Positions 26,924-35,548 of a DNA stretch of 64,000 nt are shown one piece after another (the first letter of the stretch is position 1; each line of letters begins with the position of its first letter). The translations under genes and the position numbers were made by a program. Origin of the DNA: Candidatus Latescibacterota bacterium (GTDB lineage: Bacteria > Latescibacterota > UBA2968 > GCA-2709665). The notes below the pieces were generated by a model, which made no database searches, was not told the origin of the DNA, and was given only the letters and a program-made list of their open reading frames with translations. The DNA lies in assembly GCA_965116875.1 (NCBI GenBank), contig OZ220733.1, positions 448,001-512,000 of the forward strand, in the 5' to 3' direction.

Positions 26924-27814
26924 GTGGCAAAACAGGATCGGTCCAGAGTACACGCGTTGTTGAAAACGGCCGCCGGCCTCTCCGGCGAGATTGGCGCAGA
27001 TCTCGTGCTGCTGGTGGCGGATTCCGGCGTGACCAGACCGGCGGTGCAGTCCCTGAATGATACCTGTCCGGTGCTGCTGGTCACCCGGCGCAATCGGTTT
27101 CTCCAGGACGTAGAGAGTCTGGGAGTTCGCAGGTTGAAGCTCGATTTCGACGATGTCTCCCATCTGGAACGGGTCCGGCAGGGCATTGTGCTGGGCATGG
27201 AGGGCGGTCACATCAAGAAGGGAAGCCTGCTGATATGCCTTGTAAATGTCATGGAACACGGTGGCGTGGACACACTCATGACCGTGGACACCCGCCGGGA
27301 ATTCAAGGACTTCGATTCGGAGAGCCTGGCTCAGCTGGCAGACGATCTGCCCGTTGGAGTGGTCAAGTCCGTGCTGGATATCGCCCTTGACATCGGACGT
27401 GAGGGCCGGGAAGGAGAGCAGGTCGGCACCCTCTTCGTGCTGGGCGACTCCGACCGCGTCCTGGCCAATTCACGCGTGATGACGTATGATCCGTTCCGCG
27501 GGTATTCAAGACTGGAGCGGAACATCTGCGATCCCGATAACCGCGAAGGCGTCAAGGAGGTTGCCCTGATGGACGGCGCCTTCATCGTCCATCAGGATGG
27601 TGTCATACGCTCAGGTTGTCGCTATATCACCTCCTTCGTGAGGGGTCTTACCCTGCCCAAGGGGTTGGGTGCACGTCATGTGGCCGCGGCAGCGGTTTCC
27701 AAGAACACCAATGCGATCGCGGTGGCGGTTTCGGAGTCTACGGGTACGGTTCGGGTATTCAAAGGCGGCGAGATCGTCCTGCGGCGAGACCCGGGCCACC
27801 GCATCGCCCGGTAG
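26924..27814 (+). CDS. DacZ-type diadenylate cyclase (N-terminal PK-C-like domain + DisA_N/DAC domain)
   Basis: EGREGEQVGTLFVLGD, MDGAF, GLGARH.AAA and VSES.GTV motifs. Confidence 0.88.
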   Translation: MAKQDRSRVHALLKTAAGLSGEIGADLVLLVADSGVTRPAVQSLNDTCPVLLVTRRNRFLQDVESLGVRRLKLDFDDVSHLERVRQGIVLGMEGGHIKKGSLLICLVNVMEHGGVDTLMTVDTRREFKDFDSESLAQLADDLPVGVVKSVLDIALDIGREGREGEQVGTLFVLGDSDRVLANSRVMTYDPFRGYSRLERNICDPDNREGVKEVALMDGAFIVHQDGVIRSGCRYITSFVRGLTLPKGLGARHVAAAAVSKNTNAIAVAVSESTGTVRVFKGGEIVLRRDPGHRIAR

Positions 27815-27849
27815 GCGGTTGATTCCTGTTTCCCATTTAAAGAGATTCG

Positions 27850-28353
27850 ATGAATATCCGTCTGATCCAGCGCGAGAGCGTAATGTTGGCCGTTGTCGGG
27901 GACAGTGTTCAACCTGTAGCCCGGGTCGCGAGGGCGTTCCCCAGAAGCAGCCCCGACCGCTACGTGGGACTTTTGGGAGAAAACGGGAATGAAATCTGTC
28001 TGATTGATGATCCCGGTACACTGGACGCGGATTCTCAGGAAATATTGAACGCCGCGCTGAAGGACGCCTATTTTATTCCACGAATCCTGGAAATCCTGTC
28101 GGTGACGCCTCGCGGCACGGGCGGTGAGTGGACCGTTGTCGCGGAAGATGGCGAGATCGTGTTCCGAACGCAGGACCGGGAGGCGCTGGACGGTTCGGAG
28201 CCGCCGTCGATTACGGTAACGGACGAGAACGGCCGGCGATATCGGATCGAGGACTACTGGGCAATGGACAGGGAGAGTCGCAAGACAATCCGTGATCTTG
28301 TACCGGATGAGGTCTTGCGGCTTCGGGCCAGGGTCGTCAGGGTTCGTCGTTAG
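27850..28353 (+). CDS. DUF1854 domain protein
   Basis: RAFP...P..Y, YFIPRI and TDENGRRY motifs. Confidence 0.8.
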   Translation: MNIRLIQRESVMLAVVGDSVQPVARVARAFPRSSPDRYVGLLGENGNEICLIDDPGTLDADSQEILNAALKDAYFIPRILEILSVTPRGTGGEWTVVAEDGEIVFRTQDREALDGSEPPSITVTDENGRRYRIEDYWAMDRESRKTIRDLVPDEVLRLRARVVRVRR

Positions 28354-28391
28354 TGTTCGGTTTTCCGGGAAAGGGCGCATTGTGAGCACGC

Positions 28392-29720
28392 ATGTCAAGC
28401 GGTGCGCGTATGGAGGTTGAGCGAAGCAGATTCCTGATTTCCGGCTGCTTGATCGGCGTGTGTGCGTTCGGCATACTGGCACTGGGTGAAACCCGGTACA
28501 GGATGCCGCTTTTTTTTCTGCTGTTCGGCCTGTGGATGGTTTTCTATCTGGCGGCGGTCTACCGTTGTTCCGGGGCCTCTCTGAAGACTGTCGTGCTGTT
28601 CGGCCTTCTGTTCCGCATCATTCTGCTGTTTTCCGCGCCCGGCCTTTCGGATGACGTTTATCGTTACGCGTGGGACGGACGGGTGCAGGCAGCGGGGATC
28701 AACCCCTACGTGTATTCACCTGCCTCCGAAGCATTGGCACACCTCAGGGACGACGATGTCTACCCTCATGTAAACCACCCGGACGTACCCACCATCTATC
28801 CCCCTCTGGCACAGATATTCTTCCGCGTCTGTTATCTCATACATCCGTCGATCTGGACCATAAAGACGGGCCTCGTCCTCTTCGACCTGCTGACGGCCTG
28901 GTTTCTATTGGGCCTGATCCGGCTCTACGATCAGCATCCGGGACAATTGCTCATTTACCTCTGGCATCCCCTGCTGCCGGTTGAGGTGGCGGGCAACGGC
29001 CACCTGGATGCGCTGGGTGTTTCCTTCATGGTGATTGCGTTCCTCTATCTTCAGGTTGGAGGTTATGCGAGGGCATTCGCCGCGTTGGCCCTCTCCTTTT
29101 TGAGCAAGTTCCTTGCCATCTGCCTGGTTCCGGTTTTTTATCGCTGGATCTGCGGAAGAAGTTCCGGAAGTTCAGAAGGGCGGTTGCCGGCTGGCTTCAG
29201 ACCGCAGGCCGTCTGGCCTGTACTGATTTTCGCCGCGGCGGCAGCGGCCGGGTACCTGCCCTACAGGGATGCTGGAGACGCCCTCTTTACAGGCTTCCTC
29301 ACGTATGCCGAACACTGGAGCTTCAATGCGCCGGTCTTCGATATCCTCAGCTACGTGCTGGATAACCCGCTTTGGGCCCGCACTGTCATTGCGTTCGGGT
29401 TCGGGGGCACGGTGCTTCTCCTCACGTTCACCAGGATGCCGCCAATTCAGGCAGGGTTCTTCCTCATTGGCGCCTTCCTGCTGCTTACGCCAACGTTGCA
29501 CCCGTGGTACGCGATCTGGATGATACCCTTCATGGTTTTCTACAGGCAGCCGGCATGGCTGATCTTTACGGGCCTGATCGCCATTTCATATCACGTGCTG
29601 ATCAGATACGCGAGCGAAGGGGTGTGGGAGGAGGCGGTCTGGGTAAAGGTTGCGCTATTCGGCGGGTTCGCCCTTGTCTGGGCATTCGAATGGATAAGGA
29701 AGCGACGCGTCGAGGTCTGA
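28392..29720 (+). CDS. GT-C / GT87-like membrane glycosyltransferase (DUF2029)
   Basis: SDDVYRYAWDG, NPY, TIYPP, WHPL..E..GNGHLD and HPWY motifs. Confidence 0.88.
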   Translation: MSSGARMEVERSRFLISGCLIGVCAFGILALGETRYRMPLFFLLFGLWMVFYLAAVYRCSGASLKTVVLFGLLFRIILLFSAPGLSDDVYRYAWDGRVQAAGINPYVYSPASEALAHLRDDDVYPHVNHPDVPTIYPPLAQIFFRVCYLIHPSIWTIKTGLVLFDLLTAWFLLGLIRLYDQHPGQLLIYLWHPLLPVEVAGNGHLDALGVSFMVIAFLYLQVGGYARAFAALALSFLSKFLAICLVPVFYRWICGRSSGSSEGRLPAGFRPQAVWPVLIFAAAAAAGYLPYRDAGDALFTGFLTYAEHWSFNAPVFDILSYVLDNPLWARTVIAFGFGGTVLLLTFTRMPPIQAGFFLIGAFLLLTPTLHPWYAIWMIPFMVFYRQPAWLIFTGLIAISYHVLIRYASEGVWEEAVWVKVALFGGFALVWAFEWIRKRRVEV

Positions 29721-29729
29721 GATCCACAA

Positions 29730-29760
29730 GGAAACGCCGTCCGTTCCGGACGGCGTTTCC
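29730..29760. terminator. Perfect 14-bp hairpin between convergent genes (probable terminator)
   Basis: GGAAACGCCGTCCG-TTC-CGGACGGCGTTTCC. Confidence 0.7.
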
Positions 29761-29804
29761 CTTGATGTAACGATTGGCAACTGGAACGATTCCGGCACAG
29801 GTCA

Positions 29805-32800
29805 CTAAACCACCTTGCCGAACAGGAGAGCAAACCGCACGAAGTCCGAGAATGCGACATTGCCGTCGTCGTCCAGATCGAACCGGGGATCGGTGGAGCC
29901 GAAGGCGCCGGCAAAGAGCAGGAAGTCGGAAAAATCAACTCTCCCGCTGTCGTCGAAATCGGCGATTGCCGCAGAAGGAAAGGTGGTCTGCCCGGACGCA
30001 AACGAAACGTTCCGGTAACGGGAAGCCAGGGGTACGCCGGACGTGTCCGCGGCCATGGAAGAGAACACCGCATACTCACGGCCGGCTTCAAACGGGTTCG
30101 AAAACGACAGCAGGGCGCGCCGGCTCGTACGGTCAAGAATCACCGAGGTCGGGTGACCCAGATCCGGGGCGACGGAATATCCGTGCGGATCGGCCGTTCC
30201 GGCCGCCATCGGTTCACTGAACGTGAGCGAGAGATTGTTTTCATGAAGGACTTCCACGCGAATCAGTTCCGGCGCGGGGTTGGGGCGCACGGTGTGCGTT
30301 TCGGAGTGTATTTCATCGCCGTTTGGCAGCGTGGCAACAACCACGTAACGATACACTCTGTTCTCTGTCAGGCCGGTGTCGGTGTACGTATTTCCCGTAA
30401 GCCGGTCGACCACGGTACTAAGCGAACTTCCATCGACGCCGCGCAGGATCCGATAGGCGGCCCCGTCTTCCAGGAGCGTCCACGCGAGCCGGGCGCTGTC
30501 CGGTCCAAGCGGAAAGGCATGCACGAGCTGGAGCATCCTCCTGAACCCCGGCTCCGTACGTTCCATCGCGCGCACGGCGCCGTCCCGGTTGTAGAGCAAC
30601 TCCTTGTTACCATCCCCGTCCAGGTCCGCAATGAGGGGACGGTACGTCAATGAAACGGTCTCGTGCCAGAAGGGCTCGTACGAATCCGGCCCGGTGGCGC
30701 GGATGAGGTAGAGGTCCGGGAGCAGGCAGACGGCCAGGTCGGGAACACCGTTGCCGTCCACGTCCCCCTTCGCAATACCGTTTCCCGTCGAAATCACACC
30801 CGATACGCGAATCGACCACTCCAGAGCATAGGACGACGGTCCGTTCGCACTGTAGATTTCAAGGTTCCAACGCCCGTTGAGCGCGTCGTTCCGGTCTTCC
30901 GCCGCACGGGCGACGGCGAACTCCACGTCGCCGTCATCGTCGATATCGGCGGCGCCGCCTATCCAATGGGTGTTGGTGCTGTCGCTGCCCGCCAGTTTCC
31001 AGGTCTGCGCAAAACCGCCGCTATGCAGGGCTTCATGGATCCAGAGATCTCCGTCGTCATCTCCGGAGAGGATTTCCTTCCGCCCGTTGCCGTTCAGGTC
31101 CGCGACGACAAGCCGGAGACCCGGCCAGTTGGAGCCTTCTGTCGGATTCGAGAGGGAGGCGACTCCAATGAAAGCCCCTTCTCTGGTACTCTTCAAGACA
31201 CGAATGTCCCTTGTCAGCGCCGAAAGGGCCACAATCTCGTTTCTGCCGTCACCGTCGACGTCCGCGATTTCGCCGCCCTGGAATTCAGGGAGGTCCAGAA
31301 GCGTTTCGGAGGGAAACGGAGTCCCGTCGAAGAGCCGGAGGCGCGCAATGTTGGTGCGGGGAAAGTTCATGCCCAGAAGGTCGGTGCGTCCGTCGTTGTT
31401 CGCGTCGCCCAGGGCCCAGGGTAGAAACGAATCGTTGGTCCGAAAGACGGTTGTGAAGACTCCGTCGTCGCCCCGTTCCATAATCAGGTTGGTGTTGTAG
31501 GGACGGCCGCTGACGTAGGGCATGAGTACGACTTCGGGTCGTCCGTCCTTGTCGAAGTCGGCGGTTTGGTTTGCAAGATACCCGTCGGGAAGGGCGTCGA
31601 CCTGAACGAAACCGCGGGAGGAGAGACGAAGCGGATTCACTTCAAATGTCAGCGGATCGGAAGACACGGCCTGTCCCGCGGCGTCCCGCGCCATGATTCG
31701 GTATTCCAGGGGACCCGGTGCGAGGTCCGGAGGCAGGGTGACGCGATGACGGGTGTAGATGACTTCCGAGAACAGGGTATCTTCTCGGGTTTCCGCGGGA
31801 GAACGAAAGAGCAGGGCGCCGTGTGTGGGACGTTGGGTGTGCCATTCGGCGTGGTACGTCTGGCGGTTCCCGATGAGTATGGGTGCGAAGGACGCCTTTG
31901 AAATCACCGGCAAAGCCCGCCGTATGCCAATCCGCACCCGATCTTCCAATGTGGCGCCGTCCGTCAGCCGGGCACGCAGGCGCAGGATGGCGGTGGTGTC
32001 GGCCTGTATGCGGGGCGTCCAGGAATGCCGGATGTTCGATCCCGGCGGGCCGCCGGAGAGTCGGATCCAGATTTGAGGATCTTCTCCCGTGCCCCAGAAC
32101 AACTCGTAATCGGCAACGTTGGGTCCATCGGCCCGGGCGACGATATCGACGTTCCGCGTGGCGCCGTCGTCCGTGCGGGGATGGTCGAACTGCACGACGG
32201 GGGGATCGGTCCACTCCGTTGTTTTTTCGAGCAATGTCGCCGCATCGATACGGCCGGCGCCGCTGCCGCTGTCCCAACCCTCCACCCCGAGGTCGTTCAC
32301 GGACGCCGTGAGCAGCGAGCGGACCTGCTCGGCGGTGAGCCTGGGACGACGGGAGAGTACCATCGCCGCCAGGCCTGAAATATGGGGCGCCGCGAAGGAC
32401 GTGCCCGAAGCGTGCGCGTACCGGTTTCCCGGAAGGGTCGTTAGCGTGCCGGCGCCGGGCGCGACGAGGTCCAGAGGGACCCCCCGGCTGCTGAATGCGG
32501 CAATCCGGTCCAGCGGCGCCGTGGCACCCACCGCAATGGTTTCGTCCATGGCTGCCGGGTAGGAAAGGCCGAATTCACCGCTGTTTCCGGCTGAGCTGAC
32601 GAGGACAAGGCCATTGGCGGCCGCATAGCGCACCACGTCTCGGATGAGGAACGCGCTTTCCGGCCCACCCCAACTCATATTGATGATATGTGCCCCGTTT
32701 TCCACGGCATAGAGAATGGCGGCGGCGAGGTCGTCTTCTTCAAGAAAGGTAAGATCGGATTGCAGCGTCACGCCGGCGCGAAGTGACATCAGCGCGGCCT

Positions 32801-33554
32801 CCGGCGCAACGCCCGCGATGCCCACGCCGTTGTCTGTTACGGCCGCGGCAATGCCGGCAACACGGGTGCCGTGGCTGGATTCGTCCATGGGATCGTTGTC
32901 GGGCGAGAGGTAGTCTCCCTTCGCCGGGAGCGTCGGGGTGTGGGTGAAGTCCCATCCGCGAACGTCGTCCACGTACCCGTTGTTGTCGTCGTCAATGCCC
33001 GGCCGTCCGGATGCTTCAGCGGTATTGATCCAGATATTGTCTGCCAGGTCTTCGTGGGTATAGTCCACGCCGGAGTCTATGATGGCGACAACGACCGCCT
33101 GTTCGCCCGGGGGCAGGCCATCCAGAAGGACCTGCCACCTGATCTGCTCCAGACCGTACTGATCGGGCAGTCGGGGATCGTCGGGCGCGGCGTGATGGGA
33201 AAAGAGGTGGACGAGCTGTGCGTAGAGGACGTCCGGATGCTCCATGTAGGCGGCCGCAGCTTCCACGGGACTTGCGCCGGGGTCAATCTCGAGACGGTAT
33301 ACCTGCGCCAATCCATGGGCACGTTTGGCCGGGACCACGGGTGGTTGAAACACGGGCTCCGGCGTGCCCGCGCCAAACCGGACATGCAGGCTTGCCAGGC
33401 TTCCCGCAGCGGTCTTGGCCGCCGCCGATCTGAACCTGACGAGGATCTGTCCCGGAGAGTACGCGGGCTGCGCCGTGACGGAACTGAAGGCAGGAAACCA
33501 TATCAAGACTTGCAATATGGCTGATATCGCCTGCATCCGGATGGTTCGATTCAA
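29805..33554 (-). CDS. Secreted S8 (subtilisin) peptidase with FG-GAP/VCBS repeats, FN3/Ig domains and an EF-hand/dockerin-like C-terminus
   Basis: IIDSG, HGTRVAG and GTSFAAP catalytic triad; repeated DxDGDG motifs; paired DFDDSGRVDFSDF / DLDDDGNVAFSDF. Confidence 0.93.
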   Translation of the reverse strand: MNRTIRMQAISAILQVLIWFPAFSSVTAQPAYSPGQILVRFRSAAAKTAAGSLASLHVRFGAGTPEPVFQPPVVPAKRAHGLAQVYRLEIDPGASPVEAAAAYMEHPDVLYAQLVHLFSHHAAPDDPRLPDQYGLEQIRWQVLLDGLPPGEQAVVVAIIDSGVDYTHEDLADNIWINTAEASGRPGIDDDNNGYVDDVRGWDFTHTPTLPAKGDYLSPDNDPMDESSHGTRVAGIAAAVTDNGVGIAGVAPEAALMSLRAGVTLQSDLTFLEEDDLAAAILYAVENGAHIINMSWGGPESAFLIRDVVRYAAANGLVLVSSAGNSGEFGLSYPAAMDETIAVGATAPLDRIAAFSSRGVPLDLVAPGAGTLTTLPGNRYAHASGTSFAAPHISGLAAMVLSRRPRLTAEQVRSLLTASVNDLGVEGWDSGSGAGRIDAATLLEKTTEWTDPPVVQFDHPRTDDGATRNVDIVARADGPNVADYELFWGTGEDPQIWIRLSGGPPGSNIRHSWTPRIQADTTAILRLRARLTDGATLEDRVRIGIRRALPVISKASFAPILIGNRQTYHAEWHTQRPTHGALLFRSPAETREDTLFSEVIYTRHRVTLPPDLAPGPLEYRIMARDAAGQAVSSDPLTFEVNPLRLSSRGFVQVDALPDGYLANQTADFDKDGRPEVVLMPYVSGRPYNTNLIMERGDDGVFTTVFRTNDSFLPWALGDANNDGRTDLLGMNFPRTNIARLRLFDGTPFPSETLLDLPEFQGGEIADVDGDGRNEIVALSALTRDIRVLKSTREGAFIGVASLSNPTEGSNWPGLRLVVADLNGNGRKEILSGDDDGDLWIHEALHSGGFAQTWKLAGSDSTNTHWIGGAADIDDDGDVEFAVARAAEDRNDALNGRWNLEIYSANGPSSYALEWSIRVSGVISTGNGIAKGDVDGNGVPDLAVCLLPDLYLIRATGPDSYEPFWHETVSLTYRPLIADLDGDGNKELLYNRDGAVRAMERTEPGFRRMLQLVHAFPLGPDSARLAWTLLEDGAAYRILRGVDGSSLSTVVDRLTGNTYTDTGLTENRVYRYVVVATLPNGDEIHSETHTVRPNPAPELIRVEVLHENNLSLTFSEPMAAGTADPHGYSVAPDLGHPTSVILDRTSRRALLSFSNPFEAGREYAVFSSMAADTSGVPLASRYRNVSFASGQTTFPSAAIADFDDSGRVDFSDFLLFAGAFGSTDPRFDLDDDGNVAFSDFVRFALLFGKVV

Positions 33555-33657
33555 GGTCCGGCTCCAGGAATGTGACTCTTCGATACTCTGCGAATCCGAT
33601 CCGCCTGTCTTCGGCGGCCTCTTCGGTATGGACGGAATATGTGGCCGGAGGTTCCGC

Positions 33658-34854
33658 TTATATCGATTGACGATCGGATAACGCTCCGGCGTCGTCCCGG
33701 CCCGGGCTTCCCGGCAGTGCGGCCACGAGCGCGGCGGACGGAAGCAGAATCAGGGAGACGCAAGCCAGAGCAAACCCCATGGATGTCATATCGGCAAGGA
33801 GACCTATGACCGGGAGCATAAGACCCGAGACGCCCCATGCGAAACCCATCACCAGTCCCGTAGCCGTGCTGGCGTGCTGCGGCAGGATGCGCTGTGCGAG
33901 TACGATATTGGTTGTCGCGCCCAGGTCGAAAATGAATCCGGCGAAAAGAAAACACGCCAGTGAGACGGGCCCGGAGGTGAAGCAGAAGACAACGTAGAAG
34001 ACGGTAGAGAATGCACAGGACCAACCCAGAAGCTTGCGAGGAGTCACACGGTCGCCGAGATATCCGCCGGCCAGACGGCCGAGGGTGGCCGCGATCAGAT
34101 AGGCGGACAACACCCATCCGATTTTCGAGATATCCCACATTCTTTCGTGGCCGAGTATGGAAATGAAGCTCACGCAGGCCGCGTGTACCAGAGATCGAAA
34201 TACGGCGATCGCATACAGGATCCAGAGCGGGCGCATGGCCGCCGTCCGGAAAAACGCATAATTGATGCGGACGGGTTTCGTCGAAATTTCCGACGGATTC
34301 GCGCCACCGGACATGCGGAAGAGCACGACCGCGGCAACGAGGCAGGGGAAGATCACGATCCACAGGGAATCCAGACCGAATCGAGAAACCACCTGCGTCC
34401 CCGTGACGGGAGCAATGGCCATGCCCAGAGGTCCGCCGGTGAGGAAAATGGCCATTGCGAAATTGGATCGTCGGGGCATTGAAGACGTCACCATACCACC
34501 GGCCGTGGGATGAAAAAGAGAGGAACCCAGTGAGGCCAGAATCAGAAAACCGGCCAGCACCGCCACCGTCGGCAACGAACCGATTGCGGAAACGCAGAGG
34601 CCGCACGCAAGCACACCGAGCGCGGCAAGACGCACGCGATTGGTCCGATCGCCGATGTAGCCCATGAACGGTTGCGGGATATTGCCGAAGAGAGAAACCA
34701 CCATGGGCAGGAGGGAAGCCTCCACCAGCGTAAGCCCGAATATTTCCTTGAAGAGGGCCAGCAACGGCGGAAACAGGGTCATATAGAAGTCGACGGTCGT
34801 GTGCGCATAGGTAATCAGGCAGACCCGCAGCATTGGACGTCGCGTACGTTGCAT
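33658..34854 (-). CDS. MFS transporter (Fsr-like)
   Basis: H..VD, QP..GY.GDR and G...FHP motifs; about 12 TMs; start taken at ATG 34854. Confidence 0.9.
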   Translation of the reverse strand: MQRTRRPMLRVCLITYAHTTVDFYMTLFPPLLALFKEIFGLTLVEASLLPMVVSLFGNIPQPFMGYIGDRTNRVRLAALGVLACGLCVSAIGSLPTVAVLAGFLILASLGSSLFHPTAGGMVTSSMPRRSNFAMAIFLTGGPLGMAIAPVTGTQVVSRFGLDSLWIVIFPCLVAAVVLFRMSGGANPSEISTKPVRINYAFFRTAAMRPLWILYAIAVFRSLVHAACVSFISILGHERMWDISKIGWVLSAYLIAATLGRLAGGYLGDRVTPRKLLGWSCAFSTVFYVVFCFTSGPVSLACFLFAGFIFDLGATTNIVLAQRILPQHASTATGLVMGFAWGVSGLMLPVIGLLADMTSMGFALACVSLILLPSAALVAALPGSPGRDDAGALSDRQSI

Positions 34855-34930
34855 CTGAGTCCCCGTTGACCGGCGGTGCGGTGAAGTCGAGCGGGATCCG
34901 TCGAAGGGAGTTGACGTGTAACGGGAGACG

Positions 34931-35293
34931 CTACCCGAGACCGGCGCGTTCGAGAACGACCTCCCCGATTTTGTCGTGGATTCCCAGGGGTCCGGTGACC
35001 CGAAACGCGACGCCTGGAAAGCCAGCCGCGGCCCGTTCAACCATGGCGGGAATGTCACGCGTGGCGTGGCGACCGGGCGAGAGCATGTAGGGGTGAACGA
35101 CAACCTCGGATGCGCCGTCGCGAACGCAGGCTTCAACCCCTTCTTCCAGGGTGGGCCGGGAAAGTTCCATATGCGCGATATGCACGATCAGCCCCGGACG
35201 TTTCCGCCTTACGACTCCCGCAACGTCTTCGAGCATACGATTGGCTTCGTCCAGGGTTGAACCGTGATCGACGATCAGAAGGGCTATGGACAT
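34931..35293 (-). CDS. cbiX: Short CbiX/SirB class II chelatase
   Basis: DHGS, AHMEL..P, PGRH...DIP and PLG.H motifs. Confidence 0.9.
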   Translation of the reverse strand: MSIALLIVDHGSTLDEANRMLEDVAGVVRRKRPGLIVHIAHMELSRPTLEEGVEACVRDGASEVVVHPYMLSPGRHATRDIPAMVERAAAGFPGVAFRVTGPLGIHDKIGEVVLERAGLG

Positions 35294-35548
35294 AATGGAT
35301 TGACGCTCAGAAGTATATGAGATAATCTGCGGACCTTACCGCTGGCAACGTCTACTCGACAACCCGCGTTGTTTCCGCCATCAATATCAACAGGTCAAAA
35401 TGCCGGTACGAGATCAGAAGGAACATGCGGCATTGCCGGTGCCACGTATACCTCTTTCAGGATGTGGGCAATACCGCCAGCCGCTTCAGTGCAATCACGG
35501 AAAGCAGAGAGCAGGAATCGGCACGAACTGCAGGTTCTGAATTCCGAT

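Noticed and set aside
35294-35548. Possible cobalamin riboswitch upstream of cbiX
   Set aside because: No B12-box or conserved GGGAA/GCCACTG core on the minus strand.
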